From NCBI GenBank assembly GCA_031426555.1, contig JANPLN010000015.1, forward strand, positions 32,001-96,000: a DNA stretch of 64,000 nt, read 5' to 3'. Shown in pieces: positions 18,117 through 28,455 of this stretch. The position numbers and the translations under genes were made by a program. This stretch comes from Bdellovibrionales bacterium (GTDB lineage Bacteria; Bdellovibrionota; Bdellovibrionia; Bdellovibrionales; JAGQZY01). Every line of letters starts with the position of its first letter. Within the stretch, counting starts at the first letter, position 1. Under the pieces are notes generated by a model. The model did no database searches and was not told the origin of the DNA. It saw nothing but the letters and a program-made list of their open reading frames with translations.

Positions 18117-18890
18117 TCAAAGGCTGGCAGTCGTTGCCGCAACTGGGGGACCGGAATGAATAAAGATTGCGTTTTTCTGCACCCACCCAATGGCAGTGGA
18201 ACCTCTCTGAATTTGCAACCACTCTCCGTTTTGCCGATGCACGACAACGTCATCGCCTTCTTTAAAATCGAACAAAGCTGGCGAGTCCGCGTTTGGCGAA
18301 GAATGGATGGCGACAGGCTCCATCACTGTGGCCATGGTGTGCCAGTGAACAAGGCCGATGTGGAGAGCAGCAAAGCCCGCCAAGAAGGCAGAGGTCGTTA
18401 TGCAAATGGGCACCGGCCACAGAGGAGGCTCGGGGATTTTAAGTTTGCTGGCGCGTTTTCTTCTGATACTAAAAACCACACTGAGCGTAATGAAAATAAG
18501 CAAAACTCCCAGGAGCCAGAATAAAGACACATAGCGTGGTCCTTTTTGCCACCACTGCGCGGGAATGATCGCCGGGTTTTTTTGCTTTTCAAGCTGACTT
18601 ACGCCGGCGACGGCAGGAGAAAACCCAGGCTGCAAAAATAGCGCTTTGCGCCAGTAAGCCATGGCCCGCCCTGGATGTTGGTCGGAAAATTCCACTAAAC
18701 CTAGGTTGTAAAGCAACACAGGGTCGTTCGGAGATTTTTGTAAAAGCTGCAGAAAACTTTCACGACTTTTCGCGAGATCAGTTTGCTTGAAACTCTCGAG
18801 AGCTTGGGTGAAAACAGTGTCTGTCGAAGCGTCGGGAAATGCTGACGAGACCCAAAATGTCAGTGATACTAATAGGCAAAGTGGTAACAT
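18117..18890 (-). CDS. TPR plus SH3b domain membrane protein (BatE-like)
   Basis: Signal peptide, LYNLG...A.AYWRKAL TPR, two TM helices, C-terminal GEWLQIQ...GWV SH3b. The ORF-track start at 19133 overlaps the next gene. Confidence 0.75.
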   Translation of the reverse strand: MLPLCLLVSLTFWVSSAFPDASTDTVFTQALESFKQTDLAKSRESFLQLLQKSPNDPVLLYNLGLVEFSDQHPGRAMAYWRKALFLQPGFSPAVAGVSQLEKQKNPAIIPAQWWQKGPRYVSLFWLLGVLLIFITLSVVFSIRRKRASKLKIPEPPLWPVPICITTSAFLAGFAALHIGLVHWHTMATVMEPVAIHSSPNADSPALFDFKEGDDVVVHRQNGEWLQIQRGSTAIGWVQKNAIFIHSGPPVAATTASL

Positions 18891-18939
18891 AGACAATGAT
18901 TTTAATTGAGCCATCGAGGGAGCGCAAGTGCTACATAAA

Positions 18940-20295
18940 ATGAAAAACCAAATTAATCTTGAAGCCGAAGTCCAAAAGTTGGTCCAAAAAGTGATGAAAG
19001 AAACCGAAACCATCAACGACGTGCGTGGGCCGCAGGAAGATCTCACTGAAGAGTACAAAAAACTTCTCGACGAAATTGGTAAATATCGCGGACGCCCTCT
19101 GTACTGGTCGTACATTGGCAGTGGTCTTGGCAACGGACCCTACGTTCAGTGTCAAGATGGAAGCGTCAAGTTAGATTTAATTAACGGCATTGGTGTGCAT
19201 CTTTTAGGGCATTCCCATCCGCGCGTTCTTGCTGCCGGTGTTCATGGCGCCCTTCAGGACACCGTCAACCAAGGTCATCTCCAGCCGGGCGAAGAGTATG
19301 TGGAGATCAGTCGTAAGCTAGTGGGATTGGCAAAAAACAGTCGCTTAAAACATGTTTGGCTTTCAACGTGCGGAACAATGGCCAACGAAAACGCTCTTAA
19401 AATGGCGCGACAAAAAAACTCGCCAGCAAAATATGTAATTTCCATGGAAAATGCGTTCTCGGGTCGCTCTACAATGATGGCCGAAATCACCGACAATCCT
19501 GACTACAAACAGGGTTTGCCAGCGTACAACGAAGTCTTGCGAATTCCCTTTTACGACAAAACAAACCCGCGCAGCAGCGAAATTGCTCTCAGCGCTCTTC
19601 GCGAGCACATCGCAAAATTTCCAAATCAAATTGCTGTTTTTTGTTTTGAGCCCATGCTTGGCGAAGGCGGTTATCGTACTGCGCCGCTTGATTTTTTTAT
19701 TCCGCTTTTTGAAGAGTGCAGAAAAAACAAAATCGCCATCTGGGCGGACGAGGTGCAAACCTTTTTGCGGACCGGCGAGGCCTTTGCGTTTCAAACCATG
19801 GGCTTTGGTGAGTATGTGGATCTTGCTACAATTGCGAAAACCGTGCAGGTGGCCGCAACCCTATACACCGAAGAGTACAATCCCAAGCCGGGATTGATTG
19901 CCGGTACGTTTGCGGGAGCCACGTCGGCACTGTCGGCAGGAATTGCCATCCTGGATGAAATGAGTGAGGGTTATTTTGGGCCGCAAGGAAAAGTGCAAAA
20001 AATCCATCAAAAATTTATTCAAGAGTTTAAAAAAAGTATGGAAGGCGCGTGTCGCGGTTTGCTTGAAGATCCCGATGGGCTGGGGCTCATGATCGCGGTA
20101 ACGCCGTTTTCGGGCGACAAGGACAAAGTAAACCAATTGATTAAAGTTTTATTTAAAAATGGTTTGATGTGCTACACGTGCGGCAAGAAGCCCTTGCGTT
20201 TACGATTTTTAGTGCCAGCTATTATGCAGGACAAAGATATCGAAAAGGCGGTAAAAATTATCGAGCACTCAATTTTGGAAATCGCGAAAGCTTAA
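18940..20295 (+). CDS. Class III PLP aminotransferase, probable succinylornithine transaminase (AstC/ArgD-like)
   Basis: LGHSHP, GTMANENALK, EPMLGEGG, WADEVQT, catalytic Lys in TIAK; first gene of the astA/astD operon. Confidence 0.88.
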   Translation: MKNQINLEAEVQKLVQKVMKETETINDVRGPQEDLTEEYKKLLDEIGKYRGRPLYWSYIGSGLGNGPYVQCQDGSVKLDLINGIGVHLLGHSHPRVLAAGVHGALQDTVNQGHLQPGEEYVEISRKLVGLAKNSRLKHVWLSTCGTMANENALKMARQKNSPAKYVISMENAFSGRSTMMAEITDNPDYKQGLPAYNEVLRIPFYDKTNPRSSEIALSALREHIAKFPNQIAVFCFEPMLGEGGYRTAPLDFFIPLFEECRKNKIAIWADEVQTFLRTGEAFAFQTMGFGEYVDLATIAKTVQVAATLYTEEYNPKPGLIAGTFAGATSALSAGIAILDEMSEGYFGPQGKVQKIHQKFIQEFKKSMEGACRGLLEDPDGLGLMIAVTPFSGDKDKVNQLIKVLFKNGLMCYTCGKKPLRLRFLVPAIMQDKDIEKAVKIIEHSILEIAKA

Positions 20296-20308
20296 AGACG
20301 GAGAGCGT

Positions 20309-21640
20309 GTGGACTTTTTATCAGCGGCCCAAAAGTTAATAGCCATTGATACGTCCCCAGAACAGGGAACGATCGAAGCTGTGCGCTTTTTGCAAGCTTT
20401 GGCCGAAAATTTTGGATTTTCTACGCAGGTTTCAGAAGACGTCTCCAGTGGAGTTTCACAGGCGAATTTATTTATCCATCCCAGCCAAAATCCGCAAAAA
20501 CTTTTGTTGCAAACGCATTTGGATACGGTGGACCCAGGCTCGTTTGCCCTGTGGAATAAGACTGGTTTTAATCCTTTTCAGGCGTCCATTCGTGGCGACA
20601 AAATTTACGGACTTGGTGCCGCCGACGTCAAATTGGACTTTCTTTGTAAACTCTTTGCAATGAAGAGAGCCAACTGGAAAAATTTGTCGGGCTCCGCTGT
20701 TCTTTTGGGAACTTTTGGAGAAGAAGAGCACATGCGTGGGGCGATAAAGGCTGTTCGCGAACGCCGCGTTTTACCGACGCCCGCGCTGATCGGTGAGCCC
20801 ACCGATTTACAGATTATTTATGCCGGAAAAGGAATTGCTCGGCTCGAAATAATTATTCCATTTGCGAGCAAAAACGAAGATGAGTGGGCGGGGGACGAAC
20901 TCACGGCCTCTACGCAAAGTAAAATATTTCAAGGCAAGGCGGCCCACTCGGCATCTCCCGAAACAGGCGAGAACGCCATCGTCAAAATGCTCGATTACTT
21001 AATTAAGCTGCCCGAATCCATCCAAGTGCTCAACGTTGACGGCGGAGTGAGTTTTAACACCATTCCCACTCAGGCGGCGCTGGAATTTGATTTAAGCGCG
21101 CAGAAGGCAGACGCCCTCGGAAAACAATTGCGTGAAATTTACGGAGCTATCACCGCGCTGGAAAGCGATTTTAAAAAGTATAGCAGCGCCGATTTTGATC
21201 CACCATTTTCCACGTTAAACGTTGGCAGTATTCGCACGGCCCGCGATCATGTTCGAATCACCGGGGCGGTCCGTTGGACCTCCGAAGTTCCCGAAGCTGT
21301 GTATGCGCAGTGGATGAGTTTTATTGCCGACACCTGTAAACGTGTCAAAGCTGTGTTTCGGATTCTCGACGTGAAGAAACCGTTTAGCACAAACCGGCAA
21401 AGTCCCTTTGCCCAGGACTGCATACACAGGATTCGCCAGCTTGGAGTTGCCGCCGAAATGAAAACACAGCCAGTGACCAACGAAGCCAACGTTCTGAGCC
21501 GCTTTGGTTTTGACTGTATTGTTTTTGGGCCCGGGCACAGACAATACAACACGCACACTCCCGAAGAGCATGTGTTGATCAAAGATTTACAAACGGCAGA
21601 AGATTTTTATTTAAGTATGATTGAAAAGGTGTGTTTATGA
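20309..21640 (+). CDS. M20 family metallo-hydrolase (ArgE/DapE-like deacylase)
   Basis: HLDTV, GLGAADVK, GEEE, IGEPT, GKAAHS, HTPEE. Confidence 0.88.
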   Translation: MDFLSAAQKLIAIDTSPEQGTIEAVRFLQALAENFGFSTQVSEDVSSGVSQANLFIHPSQNPQKLLLQTHLDTVDPGSFALWNKTGFNPFQASIRGDKIYGLGAADVKLDFLCKLFAMKRANWKNLSGSAVLLGTFGEEEHMRGAIKAVRERRVLPTPALIGEPTDLQIIYAGKGIARLEIIIPFASKNEDEWAGDELTASTQSKIFQGKAAHSASPETGENAIVKMLDYLIKLPESIQVLNVDGGVSFNTIPTQAALEFDLSAQKADALGKQLREIYGAITALESDFKKYSSADFDPPFSTLNVGSIRTARDHVRITGAVRWTSEVPEAVYAQWMSFIADTCKRVKAVFRILDVKKPFSTNRQSPFAQDCIHRIRQLGVAAEMKTQPVTNEANVLSRFGFDCIVFGPGHRQYNTHTPEEHVLIKDLQTAEDFYLSMIEKVCL

Positions 21641-22647
21641 GTTTTATTGTAAGAAGTATTCGCGAAGGTGATTTTGAAGATTTAATGGCGCTGGCAAAAC
21701 AATTCACACTCCTGAACCTGCCAGCGGACGCTAAAACCTTAAAACAAAAAATTAAACGCAGCCTGCAAAGCTTTGCCGGCGAGTTGGACAAGGAACAAGC
21801 GGAGTATTTGTTTGCCTTGGAAGATATTGAAGAAAAGCGTGTGATCGGAACCTGTCTCATCCTTGCCAAACACGGCACTGAAAAATTCCCGCATTATTAT
21901 TTTAAAATTTTCGAGCGAAAAAAACAGAGTCCCAATTTGGGCGTGGGGTTTATTCACAGTGTTTTAAGCCTTGGCGAAGACATCAGCGGTCCCACCGAAA
22001 TTGGCGGACTGCTTTTAGATAGAAGCTATCGCCGGCAGCCCATCAAACTCGGGCGCTTGTTAAGCTTGAGTCGTTTTGTGTACATGGGATTAACGCCAAC
22101 CTCGTTTGAGGAAAATATCCTTTGCGAACTCAGCCCGCCGTTGACCGAAGAAGGGCGAAGTGAATTTTGGGAGGCTCTGGGCAGACGATTTACTGGTATG
22201 AACTACCAAGAGGCGGATCGAGTGAGCCAGCAGCACAAGGGTTTTATTAAGACTCTGTTTCCCGAAGACGATATTTACCTTTGCCTTTTGGACTCCAGCG
22301 CCAGGCTGGTGATTGGCGAAGTGGCCGAGGAAACTCGCGGCGCCAGACATCTTTTAGAAAAAATGGGTTTTGTTTACAAGAACGAAGTGGATCCCTTTGA
22401 TGGAGGCCCACATTTTGGCTGTAAGCTGAAAGAGGTTTCCGTTATTAAAAAAGGAAAGATCGTTAAAGCGGTTGAGGGCAACAAAAAACTAATGCAAGAG
22501 GCGCTGCTTGGGTACGTTGAAGATGGTGAGTTCTTTTGTGCGCAGACGATTGTTTCTGTGGAAAAAGACACGGTCTCTGTGAATCTTGTGGGTAATGCAT
22601 ATTTAAAACAATTTTTGGGCAAAAACGTTTTTTGCTCGTTGCTGTAG
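21637..22647 (+). CDS. astA: Arginine/ornithine N-succinyltransferase
   Basis: NLPAD, TEIGGLLL, GRLLSLSRF, SEFWEALGRRFTGMNYQEAD, VDPFDGGP. Confidence 0.92.
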   Translation: MSFIVRSIREGDFEDLMALAKQFTLLNLPADAKTLKQKIKRSLQSFAGELDKEQAEYLFALEDIEEKRVIGTCLILAKHGTEKFPHYYFKIFERKKQSPNLGVGFIHSVLSLGEDISGPTEIGGLLLDRSYRRQPIKLGRLLSLSRFVYMGLTPTSFEENILCELSPPLTEEGRSEFWEALGRRFTGMNYQEADRVSQQHKGFIKTLFPEDDIYLCLLDSSARLVIGEVAEETRGARHLLEKMGFVYKNEVDPFDGGPHFGCKLKEVSVIKKGKIVKAVEGNKKLMQEALLGYVEDGEFFCAQTIVSVEKDTVSVNLVGNAYLKQFLGKNVFCSLL

Positions 22648-22655
22648 GAGAAATC

Positions 22656-24170
22656 ATGGCTGTAAGTATTCCTTATTTGGGCGATTACATTCAAGGGCAG
22701 TTTATCAAGGTTGAAAGCGAAGATGGTGTCATCGAGTTAAAAAGCCCCGCGGATCTTGCCGAGTCGGTGGTCAATGTTCCCTATGTTTACTCCAATGTCG
22801 ATCGCGCCTGTGAGGCGGCGAGCAAAGCTTTTGCAGAGTGGTCGCAGCTCGCGCTCGCGACAAGAATTGATTATCTCAAAAAACTACAAACCGTTTTTGA
22901 AGAAAACAAACAAAAAATTTCCGAAGTCATTTCGCGCGAAACCGGCAAGCCGCAGTGGGAAAGTTTGACCGAAGTCGCAGCGATGATTAATAAAATTCCA
23001 ATCACCATCGACCAAGCCATGCGCCTGATCGAAGAAACCGTCGTCGAAAACGCGCTCCCTGGAGTGCGCGGGAAAGTTATCTACAAACCGCGCGGCGTGA
23101 TGTCGGTGGTGGGACCATTTAATTTTCCGGGCCATCTTCCTAACGGCCACATTGTGCCAGCTCTGGTGACTGGCAACACTGTGGTGTTTAAACCGTCGGA
23201 GTTTACCCCAGCCACGGGGCAGGTTTATGCGGAATGTATTCACAAAGCGGGATTCCCGGCCGGCGTATTTAATTTGGTTCAGGGTGTGGGTGATACTGGC
23301 CGAAGACTTGTTGAGCACGATCTCGTGGATGGAATTCTGTTTACGGGATCCTACGAAACCGGGCTTAAGATCAAACAAGGCACCATGAACCACTATTGGA
23401 AGATCCATGCCCTCGAAATGGGCGGCAAAAATGCCACCATCGTTTGGAATGATGCCGATATGGAAAAAGCGATTTACGAATCCCTCATAGGCTCTTTTGC
23501 CTCGGCTGGTCAGCGCTGCTCGTGCACCAGTCGCTTGATATTGCACGATTCCATTACGGGCGAGTTTTTAGAAAAATTTTATCAAGCGGCAAAAAAATTG
23601 GAAATCGGCTACTGGAAAGACAATCCCTTTATGGGCCCCTTGATCAATGCGAAATCCTTGGATACATATTTGCGCTTTCAAGAAATCGCCGTGCGCGAAG
23701 GCAGCGAAAAGATCATGCGCGGAAAACAACTCGAACTTTCGAAAAAAGGCTATTACGTTACTCCCAGTATTTATAAAATAAAAGATGTTAACAAAAACTC
23801 GGTGTACCAAAAAAACGAAATCTTCGGCCCCAATGTGGCGGTCTATACGGCGAGCGATTTAGAAGAGGCTGTGCAGATTAACAATTCAACGGGCTTTGGT
23901 TTAGTCACATCTATTTTCTCGAAAAATAAAAAGACTTACGAACATGTTGTGCAAAAGGCGCGCTCAGGACTTGTAAACTGGAACCGAACGACTAACGGGG
24001 CGAGTTCAAAATTACCATTTGGCGGCAGAGATAAATCAGGAAACGACCGACCAACGTCCACGTTTGCAGTTTATTACTGCACGGTACCTGTGGCATGCTT
24101 AGAGGATGAAACGCCCTTTGATGCTAAAAATATTTTACCGGGGATGAATTACAGTTCTGGAGGCCGATGA
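22656..24170 (+). CDS. astD: Succinylglutamate-semialdehyde dehydrogenase
   Basis: GPFNFPGHLPNGHIVPAL, FKPSE, LEMGGKN, AGQRCSC, VNWNR.TNGASSKLPFGG. Confidence 0.93.
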   Translation: MAVSIPYLGDYIQGQFIKVESEDGVIELKSPADLAESVVNVPYVYSNVDRACEAASKAFAEWSQLALATRIDYLKKLQTVFEENKQKISEVISRETGKPQWESLTEVAAMINKIPITIDQAMRLIEETVVENALPGVRGKVIYKPRGVMSVVGPFNFPGHLPNGHIVPALVTGNTVVFKPSEFTPATGQVYAECIHKAGFPAGVFNLVQGVGDTGRRLVEHDLVDGILFTGSYETGLKIKQGTMNHYWKIHALEMGGKNATIVWNDADMEKAIYESLIGSFASAGQRCSCTSRLILHDSITGEFLEKFYQAAKKLEIGYWKDNPFMGPLINAKSLDTYLRFQEIAVREGSEKIMRGKQLELSKKGYYVTPSIYKIKDVNKNSVYQKNEIFGPNVAVYTASDLEEAVQINNSTGFGLVTSIFSKNKKTYEHVVQKARSGLVNWNRTTNGASSKLPFGGRDKSGNDRPTSTFAVYYCTVPVACLEDETPFDAKNILPGMNYSSGGR

Positions 24171-25291
24171 AATTTCTAAAATGGATTTTAGTCATTGCAC
24201 TCGTCGTGAGTGCGTTTGTGGCCTGGCAAACTCAGGATTACTACAGCAAGTCCTTGCCGCACACGGCGTATCGAATCATCACAGTGACCGACAACGACAC
24301 TTTGCGCGAAGTGGCTCAACAACTTTACGACAAGGAAATGATCGGCTCGGTGGAAATATTTGTGATGTGGGCGCGGATTTTTGGCCATGATAAAAAGATG
24401 AAGTCGGGCGAATACGGGGTTGCTGTGGGAACCACCCTCAACGGCCTTTTTGAAATTCTCCGCAGTGGTAAGTCTTTGGGACATCGTTTGATCGTGCCCG
24501 AAGGAACCAATTTGTTCGAGATTGGGGCGAAACTCGAAGAACTCTCGCTTTGTAAAAAAGAGGACTTCTTCGCTCTCGCAACGAGCAAAAAATTTATAAA
24601 GTCGATTTTTCCAGAAGAGCTTACGTCGCTTGAGGGCTATCTTTTTCCTGACACTTATTTTTTTACGAAAATAGACGGCTGTCGAACCATCGCACGCCGA
24701 ATGGTAATGCGTTTTTTAGATAAGTTTAAAAAAATTGGTACGCGCCCTGGTTGGACGCGCCATCAAATAGTGATTTTGGCTTCGATCATCGAAAAAGAAA
24801 CCGGTGCTGGTTTTGAGCGACCCCAAATATCGTCGGTCTTTCACAACCGTCTGCAAAAGAAAATGCGCTTGCAAACAGATCCCACAGTTATTTACGCTCG
24901 ACTTCTCAAAACTGGTTCCTATCGCCTCAATATCACGAGGAGTGATCTGCTCGCGGATCATCCCTACAACACCTATAAAAGAAGTGGCCTTCCACCGGGG
25001 CCCATTTCCAACCCGGGAATTGAGGCTCTTGCCGCCGCCGTCCAGCCTGCCACCACCGAATATCTGTATTTTGTGAGTAAGAACGACGGAACCCACGTAT
25101 TTTCTAAAAACTACAAAGACCATTCGTCAGCCGTAACGTCCTACCAAATGGATCCAAAAGCGCGCGCAGGAAAGTCGTGGAGAGATTTGAGCAAACGAAC
25201 GGTTACAGACGTGGATGAGGGTCTTGGAAACGTGGACGTGCCGAGCAGCAAGGCTCCAGCGGTATTGAAACCTACGCGCAAATCAAAGTAG
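24167..25291 (+). CDS. mltG: Endolytic transglycosylase MltG
   Basis: N-terminal TM helix, LEGYLFPDTY, LASIIEKET, LQTDPT, YNTY...GLPPGPISNPG. Confidence 0.95.
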   Translation: MKFLKWILVIALVVSAFVAWQTQDYYSKSLPHTAYRIITVTDNDTLREVAQQLYDKEMIGSVEIFVMWARIFGHDKKMKSGEYGVAVGTTLNGLFEILRSGKSLGHRLIVPEGTNLFEIGAKLEELSLCKKEDFFALATSKKFIKSIFPEELTSLEGYLFPDTYFFTKIDGCRTIARRMVMRFLDKFKKIGTRPGWTRHQIVILASIIEKETGAGFERPQISSVFHNRLQKKMRLQTDPTVIYARLLKTGSYRLNITRSDLLADHPYNTYKRSGLPPGPISNPGIEALAAAVQPATTEYLYFVSKNDGTHVFSKNYKDHSSAVTSYQMDPKARAGKSWRDLSKRTVTDVDEGLGNVDVPSSKAPAVLKPTRKSK

Positions 25292-25702
25292 ATAGAACTT
25301 TTTATTCTCTTTGTCGTGCTTGATAATCTTAAGTTCAGTTTCTAAACCTCGCCCCATCACTGGCACTATGATTTCATTTTCTGAATCAGAGTCCATGTCG
25401 GTGGCGAAAAGGTTGCCAACACCAGTTCTAAAATCATAGTGAAGGTCTTGCTGGTTTGGCAGTTCGAAGTGCGAGTGAAGGGTGAGCACGCCATCTTTGG
25501 TGCTGTAAATTTCGATGAGCACATCGTTGCCTTTGCTCAACTTTACAACTTTATAAGTTTCGGTGTCGTAGCGTATTTGGATGGCGCCCAAAACCTGGCG
25601 CGATGACTTTGGTTGGGTGAGCTGGGCGCGGGAGGAGAGCAGAAACACACTTCCCAAAATTGCGATTAAAAATAAGACCGACAGCTTAACGATGGAACCC
25701 AT
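25283..25702 (-). CDS. Secreted hypothetical protein with an FG-GAP/EF-like acidic loop
   Basis: Signal peptide; DMDSDSENEIIV motif. Confidence 0.7.
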   Translation of the reverse strand: MGSIVKLSVLFLIAILGSVFLLSSRAQLTQPKSSRQVLGAIQIRYDTETYKVVKLSKGNDVLIEIYSTKDGVLTLHSHFELPNQQDLHYDFRTGVGNLFATDMDSDSENEIIVPVMGRGLETELKIIKHDKENKKFYLL

Positions 25703-25731
25703 AGTGTCTTGTCGGCATTATGACCGGGGAA

Positions 25732-27087
25732 CTAAGGAGTCGTGCGATAAATTTTGAGTTCGACGCGACGATTGGCCGCACGACCTTTGTCGGAATCATT
25801 TCGATCCACGGGTCGGGATTCGCCTTTGCCTACACCTTCAATTTGCACCTGTTCTCCCAACGCACCTTTTAGCACGCGAGCCACGGAATTGGCGCGGCGT
25901 TGGCTAAGACCCACATTATACGCATCTGTCCCGCGCGAATCGGTGTGGCCCTCGACAATAATTTTGCGCAGAGTCTGCGTGTTGTTTTTAATTTTTTCAA
26001 TGGTGGGTTGGAAATCCCGGCGAGAAGCGGCCGTCATTTCATCCAATTTCGTATGGAAATTAATGGACGAAAGAACAATCACTTCGGTGGGCTGTTCTTC
26101 CTGAACAACCGTCGTCTGCTGAACAACAACGGGCTCGGGTTCTGGCGCCACAATCACGCGTTCACGGATGGGCCCCATCATCCACAGCATCCCTAGGTAA
26201 ACCCGTAGATCGGGGGACGCGTGGCCACGGTAAGCCTCTGTGGCGATACCTGCATGGGTGGCAATTTTGGGAGTGAGTTGATATTTAGCTCCAGCTAAAA
26301 CTTCTAAGTTGCTGTGCGAGCGGTCGGTGGCTACGGGAGTATTTTTGGTAAACGAGCTGCCAAAAACCTCAAAGATAAACGTGGTGTCCCATGGCGTATG
26401 CATATAAGAAAGCGCCGACGAGTAAAGAATTTGATCGGAAAGTGGAAGCACATCAGAAGTGGCGATGGCTTGCCCCTCATCGCGAAGCCGGTAGCCCAGG
26501 TTCACAGCCCACAGCATTCCGGGTTGAATCACATAATCAAAAACCCCTTCCACATTCCATGTGGGGCCAGAGTCAGTTCCGGAGAAGGGATTGTTTTTAA
26601 TGCGATCAAAATTAATCGAACCCACGACGGCGAGGGCCCAGTTTTCTTCGGCGTAAAATCGATATTTACTATTGAGGCGAATTTCCGTAAGCCCCTTGTC
26701 GTCGTAGGCGCCGAGTTGAGTGGAACTATCGATGTCTTGATTGAGAATGGTGGGCAAACTCAAGCCGATGTCCCAATTGTCAAAAATCCCGAGACCTAAA
26801 TTAAGATCTCCCGAAAGAAGCTTATCATTGGGTTCGGAAAATGTCTGACCACTTAGCGCTCCCGGCGCTTTAAAAAATGGCAGAGAGTTCATGGAGTAAT
26901 TGGCCCAAACTCCCAGGGCAAATTCTGCTTTAGGTAAAGTCTTTGTTGAGTGAACAGTTACAAAATCAAGACCACTTGTTGTGGGATTGAAATTTTGCAT
27001 GTGCGTGCCAACGACGTTGGCGTGGGCTTGGAAAATAAAAAGCGTAGCTACGAAAACGAGACAAGTTCTGACGGATCTATGGCGCAT
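25732..27087 (-). CDS. OmpA-family outer membrane protein (beta-barrel plus peptidoglycan-binding domain)
   Basis: Signal peptide AHA, alternating beta-strands, C-terminal VEGHTDSRG...LSQRRANSV...NRRVE. Confidence 0.9.
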   Translation of the reverse strand: MRHRSVRTCLVFVATLFIFQAHANVVGTHMQNFNPTTSGLDFVTVHSTKTLPKAEFALGVWANYSMNSLPFFKAPGALSGQTFSEPNDKLLSGDLNLGLGIFDNWDIGLSLPTILNQDIDSSTQLGAYDDKGLTEIRLNSKYRFYAEENWALAVVGSINFDRIKNNPFSGTDSGPTWNVEGVFDYVIQPGMLWAVNLGYRLRDEGQAIATSDVLPLSDQILYSSALSYMHTPWDTTFIFEVFGSSFTKNTPVATDRSHSNLEVLAGAKYQLTPKIATHAGIATEAYRGHASPDLRVYLGMLWMMGPIRERVIVAPEPEPVVVQQTTVVQEEQPTEVIVLSSINFHTKLDEMTAASRRDFQPTIEKIKNNTQTLRKIIVEGHTDSRGTDAYNVGLSQRRANSVARVLKGALGEQVQIEGVGKGESRPVDRNDSDKGRAANRRVELKIYRTTP

Positions 27088-27161
27088 AAAATCTCCTGAA
27101 GAGGAATCATATCTATGCGCCTAGAAACTTGCAAGGCTCGGCAATAAGAGCCGAAATCTGT

Positions 27162-28217
27162 TTAATCCGCGGGCATGCCGGGAAATGCATCGAGAAAGGT
27201 AGTCGTCATGTCGAGCCAATCACGATAGTCGTTAACGTTTGTGCCCCAATTGGGTTCAACACCCGAAGTGTCGGGATCTCCAGCAGCTTCGAGTTCAAAT
27301 TCCTCAACTTCATTCCATTCACGAATTTGCACGCGGATGCGTGCCACGTTTTCCTGGGCATCGTCATAACATGTCCAAGAGTAGTATGGACTTCCACGAA
27401 AGTCTGGATCCGCAAGCTTGAAGGCGGCGGGAGCTGTGCCGCTGTAGTAATTAGCATAGTAAAGAGAAGAATCACCATCAACAGCGGTCCTGGGATCGAG
27501 GGGAAATTCTTTATTGAAGCCAGTGCCTGAATAATAGTATTGCGCCATGGGCATATTGTCGTCTTCATCTTGAGTCGTTAGTTTAAGGCCAGCGCCAGCA
27601 GCACAGTTACCAGCCTTTCCGCTCCAACTTGCAGAAACAGTGGTGTTGGAGGTGGGTGTAATTGTTTGAAGAGTATAGTCTCCGTAGCAACAGTCCGGCC
27701 CGTCTGAGGAGCTGTAGTCATAATTGCAAATGGGAGTTCCCGACGAAGAAAAAATCCCAGGGCCGGTGATAGAGGATCCAGCCGAAATAAAACCTCCATC
27801 GGCATTAAAGTTTGCAACAACAACTGTCGGACCTGTTCCATGATCAAGTCCAAAATAAAAGTAGGGGGAATACGTAACATACTTGCACATTCCAGGTGGG
27901 GAATTCACCACCATCTTAATTCCGCTAGCCGCCCCCGCAAATTCTTCGACTTCCACGAGACAAGTGATGTCTTTATTTGCAAAACTGGTTTCGTTGGAGG
28001 CTACGGAACAGTCAGCAGTGAAATCACCGGCTTTGTGAATGAAATGATCGGTCCCTGTGGGATTGTTGATTTTTACGTTAAAGCCGCCATTGGCGTCGAT
28101 CACTCCTGGCACTACGGATCCGTTCGAAGAGGAATCGCTCTCGTCTTCACTTTCACAGCCCGCAACCAGAGTGAAAAGCGCTAGCAATAAACAAAGCGAC
28201 AAATTAATTCGTAGCAT
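27162..28217 (-). CDS. Cys/Ser/Gly-rich lipoprotein of unknown function
   Basis: Lipobox VAGC after a hydrophobic leader; AGGAG SD before ATG 28217; several Cys residues. Confidence 0.8.
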   Translation of the reverse strand: MLRINLSLCLLLALFTLVAGCESEDESDSSSNGSVVPGVIDANGGFNVKINNPTGTDHFIHKAGDFTADCSVASNETSFANKDITCLVEVEEFAGAASGIKMVVNSPPGMCKYVTYSPYFYFGLDHGTGPTVVVANFNADGGFISAGSSITGPGIFSSSGTPICNYDYSSSDGPDCCYGDYTLQTITPTSNTTVSASWSGKAGNCAAGAGLKLTTQDEDDNMPMAQYYYSGTGFNKEFPLDPRTAVDGDSSLYYANYYSGTAPAAFKLADPDFRGSPYYSWTCYDDAQENVARIRVQIREWNEVEEFELEAAGDPDTSGVEPNWGTNVNDYRDWLDMTTTFLDAFPGMPAD

Positions 28218-28455
28218 GAATGCTCCTTTTAGAGGATGAACCACTTTTTATTTTAGAAAATTGCCCAGAGAAGAGTATTGAAATGCAGCGAGCAAGGCTA
28301 AATCCAGACACTCGGCAGATCTAGTGAGGACTGTTTTTGCCCTAAAAAACTCAAACCGAGCCCCAAATTGTCACTAAATACACAAGGAATCTAATAGGTT
28401 AGATATTGGCCGGCACGGATCTTGTAAAGAAGTGGAAGGGAAGAGGTTTTTAAAT

